From Candidatus Pelethousia gallinarum (GTDB lineage: Bacteria > Bacillota > Clostridia > Christensenellales > CAG-138): DNA of 64,000 nt. A program made the translations under genes and the position numbers. Below, one piece after another: positions 9,639 through 18,282 of this stretch; positions within the stretch are counted from its first letter, which is position 1; each line of letters opens with the position of its first letter. Location of the stretch: the NCBI GenBank assembly GCA_018711995.1, contig DVHO01000104.1:18367-82366 (forward strand), read 5' to 3'. The notes below the pieces were generated by a model. That model worked only from the letters and a program-made list of their open reading frames with translations. It did no database searches and had not been told where the DNA came from.

Positions 9639-10013
9639 GTGATATGCTCCTTAATTCTTATGATGCTGATTTTATTATACCATCTTTTGCAAATAAAAAA
9701 GATGAACTTTTCGGGGCGAACCTGTGGGGAAACCGTCGCTCCAACCAGTCCATCCAAACGCATCTTCCCGGCGTATTCCTCTAAGTTTGCCGCAACCGGA
9801 CGCCTGCCGGCCGATATGGGGGCCGAAATGTATGGGCGGTAGCCCTTTGGGACGCTTACCAGGAAGCCCTTCCCGAAAGATCGCATGGGTTTCCTGACGG
9901 GAAGGGAAACGCCCCGTTCCATACGTATGCCTTTCCCAAGGGGGCACGGCCTCCACCATTTTCTAAAAGACATGGGGAACCATACCTTTATGTTTTGAAT
10001 CCTTGTTGTTTCT

Positions 10014-10043
10014 AAAAAAAGAGCGAACCTTATTTGTTCGCCC
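10014..10043 (-). terminator. Intrinsic terminator after the SEC-C gene
   Basis: Minus RNA reads GGGCGAAC-AAAUAAG-GUUCGCUC followed by U7. The stem is 8 bp including one G-U that exists only in the minus-strand reading. Confidence 0.7.
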
Positions 10044-10057
10044 TTACTAATAAATAT

Positions 10058-10561
10058 TTACTTATCTTTGCCGCAGCACTTTTTATATTTCTTCCCGCTG
10101 CCGCAAGGGCAGGGATCGTTGCGGTTGGGCTCCTGCTGCTTAACGTACATCTTGGAGGAGCGGAACTCCATGGTGATCTCCTTGCGGCGCTCCGGCGTAA
10201 GGATGGGCTCCCACTGGGGCAGGTTATAAAGCCAATCCGCCTTGCAATCCAGCATGTTGAAATACAGCTTTTCGTAATCGATATCCAGCTCGATCTTGCT
10301 GCCGCTCTTGAGGCTGTCCAGTTTCAGCTCCTTCTTCAGGCTGGTGTTGATGCCGTCCAAGAAGCCCAGGAAGGTGACCTCATCCATGTGGAACTCCTCT
10401 GCCAGCTCCGAAACCTTGCCGCTATAGGTATGCTGGTAATTCCCCAGGATGGTTTTATAGTTTTCCGTTTCCAGGGCAAAGTATTCCTTCCAGAACTTTT
10501 TGGCCTCCCCGGGGGTGCGTTCCACATCCGCGATGGCCTGCCATTCACTGTATAAACTCAT
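10058..10561 (-). CDS. SEC-C motif domain protein
   Basis: 167 aa ending in PCPCGSGKKYKKCCG (a SEC-C metal-binding motif). Confidence 0.75.
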   Translation of the reverse strand: MSLYSEWQAIADVERTPGEAKKFWKEYFALETENYKTILGNYQHTYSGKVSELAEEFHMDEVTFLGFLDGINTSLKKELKLDSLKSGSKIELDIDYEKLYFNMLDCKADWLYNLPQWEPILTPERRKEITMEFRSSKMYVKQQEPNRNDPCPCGSGKKYKKCCGKDK

Positions 10562-10582
10562 GTCTGTTCTCCTGTTTCTGGT

Positions 10583-10610
10583 ATTTTAAGGGCGGCTTGA
10601 AGCCGCCCCC
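10583..10610 (-). terminator. Weak terminator-like hairpin after icd
   Basis: Minus RNA reads GGGCGGC-uucaa-GCCGCCC followed by UUAAAAU. The U tail is poor. Confidence 0.35.
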
Positions 10611-10640
10611 GTTGACGTTCCTTTATAGATATACCAAAGA

Positions 10641-11852
10641 TCAGGCAGCCGCGTCAAGAAATTCTTTTACCTTGCGGATAAAATCTTCAGTGTTGAGCAC
10701 CGTGACGTTGTCCATATCTGCCAGGGCCGCAAGGTCCTTGGTCATAAACCCTGCGCTAATGGTATCCAAGGCAGCCTTTTCAAGCCGGTCGGCAAAATCC
10801 ATCAGCTCTGGGATCTGATCCAACTCGCCCCGCTTGCGAAGGGCGCCTGTCCAGGCAAAGAGGGTGGCCATAGAGTTCGTAGAGGTCTCCTCCCCTTTCA
10901 GGTGCCGATAATAATGCTTGGTCACCGTTCCGTGGGCGGCTTCGTATTCATAGTTGCCGTCCGGGGATACCAATACGCTGGTCATCATGGCCAGAGAACC
11001 AAAGGCCGTGGCCACCATATCGCTCATCACGTCGCCGTCGTAATTCTTGCAAGCCCAGATGAAGCCGCCGTTAGAACGGATGACCCGGGCCACCGCGTCG
11101 TCGATGAGGGTATAGAAGTAGGTAATGCCTGCCGCTTTGAACTGCGCCTCGTATTCTGCCTGGTAGATGTCTTCGAAAATATCCTTGAAGGTGTGATCGT
11201 ACTTTTTAGAGATGGTATCCTTAGCGGAGAACCACAGATCCTGCTTGGTGGACAGGGCGTAGTTAAAGCAGGCCCGGGCAAAGCTCTGGATGGAATCATC
11301 CTTATTATACATGCCCATCAGCACGCCGGGGGTCTTGAACTCAAACACGGTTTCGTGGAACAGCTCCTTGCCCGAAGCATCGGTAAAGAGGATCTCCGCT
11401 TTTCCGGGGCCAGGAACCCGGAACTCGCTGCAACGGTAAATGTCCCCATACGCATGACGCGCAATGGTAATGGGCTTGGTCCAGCTGCGCACAGAGGGCT
11501 TTAGGCAGGGCAGCATGATGGGCGCCCGGAATACGGTGCCATCCAGGATGGCACGAATGGTGCCGTTGGGGCTTTTGTACATGCGCTTGAGGTTATATTC
11601 TTCCACCCGCTGGGCGTTGGGGGTGATGGTGGCGCATTTTACGCCTACCCCGTACTTCTTCACGGCTTCCGCCGCTTGTACGGTGATCTGGTCGTCGGTG
11701 GCGTCCCGGGAAGGAAGCCCCAGATCGTAATATTCGGTCTTTAGATCCACATACGGCTCCAGCAAATGCGTTTTGATCATTTGCCAGATGATGCGGGTCA
11801 TTTCATCGCCGTCCATCTCAACAAGGGGGGTCCTCATTTGAATTTTACGCAT
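10641..11852 (-). CDS. icd: NADP-dependent isocitrate dehydrogenase (homodimeric, IDH1-like type)
   Basis: IQMRTPLVEMDGDEMTRIIW...GVGVKCATITPN...ARHAYGD are typical of the eukaryote-like NADP-IDH family. The ORF is open from 11858, but AAGGAG abuts that ATG, so the ATG at 11852 (6 nt spacing) is the likelier start. Confidence 0.85.
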   Translation of the reverse strand: MRKIQMRTPLVEMDGDEMTRIIWQMIKTHLLEPYVDLKTEYYDLGLPSRDATDDQITVQAAEAVKKYGVGVKCATITPNAQRVEEYNLKRMYKSPNGTIRAILDGTVFRAPIMLPCLKPSVRSWTKPITIARHAYGDIYRCSEFRVPGPGKAEILFTDASGKELFHETVFEFKTPGVLMGMYNKDDSIQSFARACFNYALSTKQDLWFSAKDTISKKYDHTFKDIFEDIYQAEYEAQFKAAGITYFYTLIDDAVARVIRSNGGFIWACKNYDGDVMSDMVATAFGSLAMMTSVLVSPDGNYEYEAAHGTVTKHYYRHLKGEETSTNSMATLFAWTGALRKRGELDQIPELMDFADRLEKAALDTISAGFMTKDLAALADMDNVTVLNTEDFIRKVKEFLDAAA

Positions 11853-11862
11853 GGGCATCTCC

Positions 11863-13026
11863 TTATTTTTTTGTTATTTTTGCGCCGGATATGGCCTTAT
11901 TCAGGATATCCGAGCGAAATGCAAAACTAGACGCTTGCTTTTCCTCCAGCCCCTGCTGGGCGTACGCTACCAATTTATCTACCAACGCAGCAAACGAGAT
12001 CCCCATGGGTTCGTATAGATAAAATGCGAAGGAACCCGGGATGGTATTGATTTCATTAATGTAAACCTGTTCCCCTTCCAGGATATAGTCCACCCGCACC
12101 ACGCCTTTGCACTCCAGCATACGGAAAACTTCCACCGTATAGTCCTGGATTTGTTTGGTCAGCTCTGGAGAAATGGGGGCGGGGATCTGGCGGCTCAGGC
12201 TCTTCATGCCCTTGCCGTCCCCACGGATATATTTCTCCTCAAAGGTGAGGAAGGTATCCCAGCAAGCGGGCTGCTCGCAAAGGGAAGGCAGGGCCTCCTG
12301 GCTATTGCCCAGGCAGGCGCAGTTGATCTCCACCGGGTGCTCCACCGCCCGTTCGATGAGGATCCGGCGGTCAAAGCTGGCAGCCACCTCCATTGCCTGG
12401 CGGAATCCGTCCGGGTTCACAGCCTTGCCGATGCCGATGGAGCTACCCAGGTTAGCGGGCTTGATGAACATGGGATAACCGATTTCCCCTTCGGCCTTTG
12501 CTAGCACCGCCTGAGGGTCCTGCTGCCATTCCGCCCGGTTGCAGTATACCGCAGGCAGCACCGGTAGGCCCATGCTCTTGAACACGGCCTTCATCACGAT
12601 CTTATCCATGCCCACGGCGCTGCCCACCAGGCCGCAGCTGGAATAGGGGATATCCGCCAGCTCCATCAAGCCCTGCACCGTGCCGTCCTCCCCATGCATT
12701 CCATGGAGGGCCAGAATGGCGCAATCCAGCCCGCATACCCGCTGGGTCTTGCCGAAAAGCCCGCTGCCAAAGCTATACAGGGCGTTGTGGCCGGGCTCAG
12801 GCGGCAAAAACACCCGGGTCAAGCCCTTTTGCTGGGGATCGAAATCCCGGTAGGTCTTTACGTCCCGCAAAGGCTCCCCCACATACCAGGCCCCCGACCG
12901 GGCAATATAAATGGGGAAGGCATGGTATTTTCCTTTGTCTGCATTTTCCAATATCTGTAACCCGCTGATTATGGATACGTCATGCTCGGAAGCCCGGCTT
13001 CCGAAGATCACCCCTAATTCCATCAT
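11863..13026 (-). CDS. ddl: D-alanine--D-alanine ligase family protein (long form, 387 aa)
   Basis: GVIFGSRASEHDVS, HGMHGEDGTVQG, GYPMFIKPANLGSSIGI and YINEINTIPG are ATP-grasp Ddl motifs. An insertion around EEKYIRGDGKGMKSLSRQ makes it longer than E. coli or B. subtilis Ddl. Confidence 0.85.
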   Translation of the reverse strand: MMELGVIFGSRASEHDVSIISGLQILENADKGKYHAFPIYIARSGAWYVGEPLRDVKTYRDFDPQQKGLTRVFLPPEPGHNALYSFGSGLFGKTQRVCGLDCAILALHGMHGEDGTVQGLMELADIPYSSCGLVGSAVGMDKIVMKAVFKSMGLPVLPAVYCNRAEWQQDPQAVLAKAEGEIGYPMFIKPANLGSSIGIGKAVNPDGFRQAMEVAASFDRRILIERAVEHPVEINCACLGNSQEALPSLCEQPACWDTFLTFEEKYIRGDGKGMKSLSRQIPAPISPELTKQIQDYTVEVFRMLECKGVVRVDYILEGEQVYINEINTIPGSFAFYLYEPMGISFAALVDKLVAYAQQGLEEKQASSFAFRSDILNKAISGAKITKK

Positions 13027-13051
13027 GTCAGGTATTCCTCCCTACCTTGCG

Positions 13052-14722
13052 TCAATTATAATTATCCGTTAAGTCGTTTTCAAACAGTACCGTACACCCT
13101 GGCTGTTGATACAGCGGCAGCTTTTCCGTGGCCTGGGCCAGGGATTCCACCTCCACCAGCCGGTCCTCTGGGAAGCCGCCTTCCAGGAGCCCCGCCTTGA
13201 TGGCCGGGGCGTTGGGTCCCACCAGGATAGCCACGTCCACGCAAGACGCCATGTGCAAGCCAAAGGCCTGGTTCAAGGCCGCCTGCTCCTCCCCCAGTTC
13301 CACCATACCGGGGGTAATGATGATCCGTCGGCCTGGGAAGGACTTCAGTACCTCCAGCGCTTCGCTGGAGCCCACCGGGTTGGCGTTAAAGGCATCGTCT
13401 ATCACGGTAATGGGGCCGGGCAAGAGCTGCAAGCGATGCTCCACCGGCTCCAGCTTGCCGATGCCGGCGGCGATCTGTGCTTCGCTTAAGCCCAGCTTAT
13501 AGGCTAGGGCGGCGGCTCCCGCCACGTTCAGGATGTTGTGCCAGCCCAGGAGCCGGGTGACGCAGGGGATCCGGGTCCCATCCTGGCAAACCAGGGTGAA
13601 CCGGCTGCCCTCCGGGCCTACGGTGATATCCTCCGCCCGCATATACAAGCCTTCTCCCTGGGTGCCAAAAAGGTATTTTTCCTGTAATGGGCTGTTCTCA
13701 TAAAGCTGGCGGCACAGGGGATCGTCCCCGTTGAGAAAGACGCAGCCCTGGCTGCCGACCCCGGCCAACAGTTCCCCTTTGGCGCGCATTACGTTTTCCA
13801 GGGAGCCGAAGGTTTCCAAATGTTGCTTGCCAATGGCGGTAAGGATGCCGTACTGCGGTCTGACCAGACGGCACAGCTGGGCCACATCCCCCTTATAACG
13901 CGCCCCCATCTCCCCGATAAACACTTGGTGTTCCGGCGTGAGTTTTTCTCGTATGGTTCGGGTCACTCCCATGGGGGTGTTGAAGCTGCCAGGAGTATAG
14001 AGGGTCTTATATTTTTCCCCCAGGATGGTGCCCAAAGCGTACTTGGTAGAGGTCTTTCCAAAGCTGCCGGTGATGCCGATGCGGATTAGCGCCGGATTGG
14101 CAAGCAGGCGTTTCCTGGCGTCCCCCATATACCAGCCCTGGACCAGCTTTTCCACCGGCCAGGTGAGCACATGGGCCAGGCATACCACAAGGGGCAGCAG
14201 CAGCCCGGGCAAAAACCGCACAAGCTCTGGCCAGAAGCCATAGTCCCACCAGCCGCCCCAAGGCTGTATGCCATTAAAAAGGAGCCGCACATAGGACGCC
14301 TGCAACAGCAGCCGCGCCACCGGCCCCACCAGGGCGAGCAGGAATACGGGAACCAATAGCCGCTTGACCCTAGCGGTATAGCGCAGGGGTTTTTTGGCCT
14401 TTTTTTGATTTTTTAGGGCCATGATCCCAAAGGCTAGCATCATGCCGGTAAAGATCACGTCCCCGCCCCGCCATAGCAGGGTCCCAAAGCCGCCCGGGAA
14501 AAATTGGCCGGCTATGCGCAAAAGGAAGCCCGCCACACCGGCCAAAAAGGGGCCGGACCATTGGCCCAGGTGCTTACGCACCCACTTAAGATACATGGGA
14601 CCCTGGTAGCTTTCCAGCTGCAACATATGAAGGAAGGGAATGGCTGCCAGGGTAACTGCCACCCCGTCCAGCAGCACATATGCCCAAAAGGCGATTTGGA
14701 TCAGGAGTTCATTGGTTTCCAT
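13052..14722 (-). CDS. Mur ligase family protein (MurF-like central and C-terminal domains) fused to an N-terminal polytopic membrane domain
   Basis: 556 aa. Residues ~1-190 are mostly hydrophobic, with 5-6 predicted TM segments. The P-loop GITGSFGKTSTK is at residues 216-227, followed by MurF-like motifs (FIGEMGARYKGD, DDAFNANP, IITPGMVELG). Confidence 0.8.
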   Translation of the reverse strand: METNELLIQIAFWAYVLLDGVAVTLAAIPFLHMLQLESYQGPMYLKWVRKHLGQWSGPFLAGVAGFLLRIAGQFFPGGFGTLLWRGGDVIFTGMMLAFGIMALKNQKKAKKPLRYTARVKRLLVPVFLLALVGPVARLLLQASYVRLLFNGIQPWGGWWDYGFWPELVRFLPGLLLPLVVCLAHVLTWPVEKLVQGWYMGDARKRLLANPALIRIGITGSFGKTSTKYALGTILGEKYKTLYTPGSFNTPMGVTRTIREKLTPEHQVFIGEMGARYKGDVAQLCRLVRPQYGILTAIGKQHLETFGSLENVMRAKGELLAGVGSQGCVFLNGDDPLCRQLYENSPLQEKYLFGTQGEGLYMRAEDITVGPEGSRFTLVCQDGTRIPCVTRLLGWHNILNVAGAAALAYKLGLSEAQIAAGIGKLEPVEHRLQLLPGPITVIDDAFNANPVGSSEALEVLKSFPGRRIIITPGMVELGEEQAALNQAFGLHMASCVDVAILVGPNAPAIKAGLLEGGFPEDRLVEVESLAQATEKLPLYQQPGCTVLFENDLTDNYN

Positions 14723-14725
14723 ACA

Positions 14726-15490
14726 TCAAGCCTCATTTTGATACAGGATCTGCAGGATGGAACAGAAACGAGGATAGTCCTCCGCATAGGAGAAATGTCC
14801 TACGCCAGGAATAATGGCAAGGCCGGCGTTCTGCATTTCCCGCTCCATTTTCTTCCCCATCCACAGGGGGGTAGCCGTATCTTTTTCCCCCCAGATCAAA
14901 AGGGTTTCATTGGGGATCTTGGAAAGCAGGGATGTCTGATCATAATTGACGGTTTTCACATAGGTGACCCGCATATCCCCCTGCAATTGCTGATATTCTG
15001 TGGAGCCGGCCTTTTTCTGCCGCTCCTGCAAGCGGAAGAGCCGGTTCAAAGCCGGGGACTTGGCCAGGATCTTCCCCAGCTTATAGGTATAGACCCGCCA
15101 ATAATATTTGGGGCCTCGCCTTGGTTTAATGCCGGCCGCGTCCACCAGGATCAGCCGGTGAAATAGTTCCGGCGTTTCGCTGGCCAGCTGAATGGTCACC
15201 CGCCCCCCAAAGGAATGGGCCACCACATCGCACCCGCCAATGCCGATGGCTTCCATAAAGGCCCGGGTGCAAGCGGCATACTCCGGCACCCCCCAAGGTC
15301 CCGGCGGTTCCGGGCTTTCCCCAAAGCCGGGAAAGTCCAGGCTGACCGCTTCCCTGCCCAGCCTGACCAAGCAGTTGGCAATGGGCGCCATGGCCTGAAT
15401 ATTCGCGCCCCAGCCATGGAGCAGCAGCACCGGCTTACCTGAGCCCTGGCGCTGATAATGCAGTTGGGCGCCGTTTATCTCAATCGTCAA
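14726..15490 (-). CDS. Alpha/beta-fold hydrolase
   Basis: 254 aa. HGWG oxyanion region, nucleophile elbow AHSFGG, C-terminal GVGHF. There are 3-nt gaps to both neighbouring genes. Confidence 0.75.
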   Translation of the reverse strand: MTIEINGAQLHYQRQGSGKPVLLLHGWGANIQAMAPIANCLVRLGREAVSLDFPGFGESPEPPGPWGVPEYAACTRAFMEAIGIGGCDVVAHSFGGRVTIQLASETPELFHRLILVDAAGIKPRRGPKYYWRVYTYKLGKILAKSPALNRLFRLQERQKKAGSTEYQQLQGDMRVTYVKTVNYDQTSLLSKIPNETLLIWGEKDTATPLWMGKKMEREMQNAGLAIIPGVGHFSYAEDYPRFCSILQILYQNEA

Positions 15491-15493
15491 TGG

Positions 15494-16759
15494 CTACCTC
15501 TTATCGTCTTTCTTAGGCGCCTGCCAGCCGTCTTTATTTACCTGCCTGGCCCGGGCGATGCCTAGTTGCCCTTCCGGAATATCCGTGGTAATGGTAGATC
15601 CAGCGGCGGTATAGGCATGATCCCCCAGGGTGACCGGCGCCACCAGGGAGGTATTGCAGCCCAGGAATACATCGTTCCCGATCACCGTGCGGAATTTCCG
15701 GGCCCCGTCATAATTGGCAAAAGCCGTGCCGCAACCCACGTTGATCCGCTTGCCGATATCCGCGTCCCCCACATAGGTGAGATGGGCCACCTTGCCACCA
15801 TCTCCCAAAGTGGAGTTTTTGATCTCTACAAAATTGCCCACCTTGCAGCCCTTGCCAAGGTGCGCGTTGGGGCGCAGCCGCACATAGGGCCCGATGCTGG
15901 TGCCGTCCTCCACCGCCGCCTCCTGGGCCACCACGGCCGCCAGGGAACAGCCGTCCCCCACGATGGTATCCAAAAGCCGGCAACCATTATATAAGGTACA
16001 ATCCCGGCCGATCCGGGTATCGCCTTGTAGAAATACCCCGGGATAGATCACCGTATCTTCCCCGATGGTCACCTCTGCGTCGATATAGGCCTGATTGGGG
16101 TCCAGGAAGGTGACGCCGTTTTTCATATGGCGGGTATTGATGGCCTGCTGCCTTAGGTAGGTACAATCCCAAAGGCTCTCCCGGTCATATACCGCAGCGC
16201 ACTCCACTGCGGGAGCATATATATCCACCACCCGCTCCCCTTCCATACGCAAGGCGCGAATAAAATGCTTGGCCTCCACGTCGTGGGGCAGGTCCCGCTC
16301 CAAAAAGCGGCGCAAGTGGTTAATCTCAAAACAGAAGGCTGCGCAGGGCCTTGTCTCTTCGTCTTCTTCGCAATAGACCAGGCGGGATGCCGCTACCCCC
16401 TGGGCCGCGTCGGTCAACATGCGGATGGTCTCTGGCTGCAGCATCGGCAGGTTGCCATGCACCACCAACACATAGCCTTCCGGTTGGGTGATCAGGGGCA
16501 TGGCAAACAAAATGCCCTCTGCCATGGAATCCGCGTGTTCTTGGGTGACATAGCGGGCTTTTTCCCCGATATGGGCGCGCACCCGGTCTCCGTCAAACCC
16601 AACAGATACAATGGGTTTCTCCTGAATATGCTCTTCGCAGGCCGCAAGGACCCATTTTACCATACTCCTGCCGCAGATCTCATGGAGGACCTTTTGCTTC
16701 CTGGAATGCATCCGCTTTCCTTCGCCTGCTGCAAGAATGATTGCCGTGATCGCTTTCAT
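15494..16759 (-). CDS. GlmU-like protein: intact left-handed beta-helix acetyltransferase domain, divergent nucleotidyltransferase-like N-domain
   Basis: 421 aa. The N-terminus keeps LAAGEGKRM. The C-terminal half matches GlmU closely (NFVEIKNSTLG..KVAHLTYVGDADIG..NYDG..IARARQVNK). The central uridyltransferase signatures are not conserved; see the finding. Confidence 0.7.
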   Translation of the reverse strand: MKAITAIILAAGEGKRMHSRKQKVLHEICGRSMVKWVLAACEEHIQEKPIVSVGFDGDRVRAHIGEKARYVTQEHADSMAEGILFAMPLITQPEGYVLVVHGNLPMLQPETIRMLTDAAQGVAASRLVYCEEDEETRPCAAFCFEINHLRRFLERDLPHDVEAKHFIRALRMEGERVVDIYAPAVECAAVYDRESLWDCTYLRQQAINTRHMKNGVTFLDPNQAYIDAEVTIGEDTVIYPGVFLQGDTRIGRDCTLYNGCRLLDTIVGDGCSLAAVVAQEAAVEDGTSIGPYVRLRPNAHLGKGCKVGNFVEIKNSTLGDGGKVAHLTYVGDADIGKRINVGCGTAFANYDGARKFRTVIGNDVFLGCNTSLVAPVTLGDHAYTAAGSTITTDIPEGQLGIARARQVNKDGWQAPKKDDKR

Positions 16760-16886
16760 GCTTATCCCTCAAAATTCTTTGCACATATAAAAGGTCATAA
16801 CCGCTGCTATTATTTTATGAGCGGACAACGGGCTCTGTCAAGAGAAGGGGGGCTTGCATACAAGTATATTTGATCCGCATCCCTCC

Positions 16887-18065
16887 TCACAGTACGCCGC
16901 AATAATCGATGTCCACATCGATAACGCATACGTAAGTCGGATCTATCTCCCTTGCCCGCTCCCGGATTGCGGATTTATATCTGCCGATTTGTCCCGCGTC
17001 CGTGCCGGCTGGCACCACAATATCAAAGATCAAGTTGGTTTGTTTTTCGCCCCGTACCATGCGGAAATCATGGAACCGGAGCCGAGGGTCCGTCTCCTGG
17101 ATGATGGCGTCCAGCTTGGTCCGCACGGCGGCGGTAAGCGCGTCATCGGTCTCTACCGGGTCCAGGTGGATGGTCAAAAGCATACCCAGCTTCTCTCCCA
17201 CCTCGCGCTCTGCCCGGTCAATAGTCTCATGGATGGCTACAATGTCCGAATCCGCCCTTACTTCCGCATGGGCGCTGGCGATGATCCGGCCTGGGCCATA
17301 ATTGTGCACCATGATATCGTGCAACCCGTCGATCCCCTCGTATGCCAAGAGGCTTTCGCTCAAAGAATGGATCAATTCCGGCGTAGGGGCCTCTCCCATC
17401 AATGGGCTTATGGTATCCCGCAGGATGCCCACCCCGCTATATAGCACAAAGCCCGCCACAAGTACGCCCACATAACCATCCAGGTTGATGTTTATAAAAT
17501 ATGAAGCCATCGCGGATAACAGAATCGCGCCGGTGCTGATCACATCGCACATGCTGTCCGCAGTGGCTGCGCTCATGGCAGTGGAGGAAATGGCCTTGCC
17601 AATGCTGGCTGTAAACCGGCCCAGCCAGAGCTTTACCAAAATGGAAAGCAGCAAGATCCCCATGGTGACTAGGTTGAAGGAGACGGGTTCCGGCGCAATG
17701 ATCTTCATCACGGATTCCTTGCCCAGCTCAAAGCCAACCAGCAGGATCAAAAAGGAGATCACCAGGGCCGTAATGTATTCGATCCGGGCATGGCCAAAGG
17801 GATGTTCTTTATCCGCAGGTTTGCCCGCCATTCGGAACCCGATCAAGGTTACCAGGTTGCTGCCCACATCCGACAGGTTGTTTACAGCGTCCGCCTGGAT
17901 GGCAATGGACCCGGACAGCGTGCCGATGAGCAGCTTTGCCCCGCCCAAAAAGATATTACAGCATACCCCAACAATGCCCGCCAGACGGCCATAGGCTTCC
18001 CGCACAAGGTTGTTCTGGGTATTTTGCGAGTCCTTGATAAAAAGCCGGATCAATAATTTTGTCAT
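16887..18065 (-). CDS. Cation diffusion facilitator (CDF) family transporter
   Basis: ADAVNNLSDVGSN...HPFGHARIEY are typical CDF motifs. The track start at 18086 is a TTG. I prefer ATG 18065 (MTKLLIRLF...), preceded by AGGAG at 9 nt. Confidence 0.85.
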   Translation of the reverse strand: MTKLLIRLFIKDSQNTQNNLVREAYGRLAGIVGVCCNIFLGGAKLLIGTLSGSIAIQADAVNNLSDVGSNLVTLIGFRMAGKPADKEHPFGHARIEYITALVISFLILLVGFELGKESVMKIIAPEPVSFNLVTMGILLLSILVKLWLGRFTASIGKAISSTAMSAATADSMCDVISTGAILLSAMASYFININLDGYVGVLVAGFVLYSGVGILRDTISPLMGEAPTPELIHSLSESLLAYEGIDGLHDIMVHNYGPGRIIASAHAEVRADSDIVAIHETIDRAEREVGEKLGMLLTIHLDPVETDDALTAAVRTKLDAIIQETDPRLRFHDFRMVRGEKQTNLIFDIVVPAGTDAGQIGRYKSAIRERAREIDPTYVCVIDVDIDYCGVL

Positions 18066-18142
18066 GTTTCTTTGCTCCTGTGGCAATATAATAAGCCCTT
18101 GGCTTGGCGTTTAATCCTCTTTGCGTTTGTTCCAAGACGCCA

Positions 18143-18200
18143 CAAAAGGCCGTATACAACCTTGCCGCGCTTTTACAAGCCGGCCCAGTTGAATACGGTC
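18143..18200 (-). terminator. Terminator-like long hairpin after bofA
   Basis: Minus RNA reads GACCGUAUUCAAC...GUUGUAUACGGCC (11 of 13 bp) followed by UUUUGUGG. Confidence 0.4.
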
Positions 18201-18282
18201 TTTCCACATTCCTTGGGACGCGCCCAACGACGGAATCCGCGTCCCCTGATTTTACCGCATTTATGCCCTTATCGCAACCTAT

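Noticed and set aside
9883-9898. Minus-strand GUCAGGAAACCCAUGC, resembling the cobalamin riboswitch B12 box, with GGGAAAGGC-like elements nearby
   Set aside because: The 5' half of the cobalamin aptamer (AGGGAA..GGUGAnAAUCC..CCCGCnACUGU, GCCACUG) is absent. The element is followed by ~170 nt more structure and then a promoter. The downstream gene is not B12-related.
9940-9958. Plus-strand ...GGCACGGCCTCCACCA, resembling a tmRNA or tRNA-like 3' end
   Set aside because: There is no T-arm (GGTTCGAnTCC) before it. The putative 5' partner, GGGGCGA, gives only 4 acceptor base pairs. No tag-peptide reading frame is present, and the block is ~100 nt too short for tmRNA.
18087-18282. A structured region upstream of the CDF transporter, considered as a czcD/NiCo-type metal riboswitch
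   Set aside because: The hairpins are better explained as terminators of the yaaL-bofA unit, with a U tail after the 18143-18200 stem. A -10-like TATTATATT lies only ~25 nt before the CDF start, leaving a short unstructured leader. I cannot reproduce the NiCo consensus from memory well enough to claim a match.
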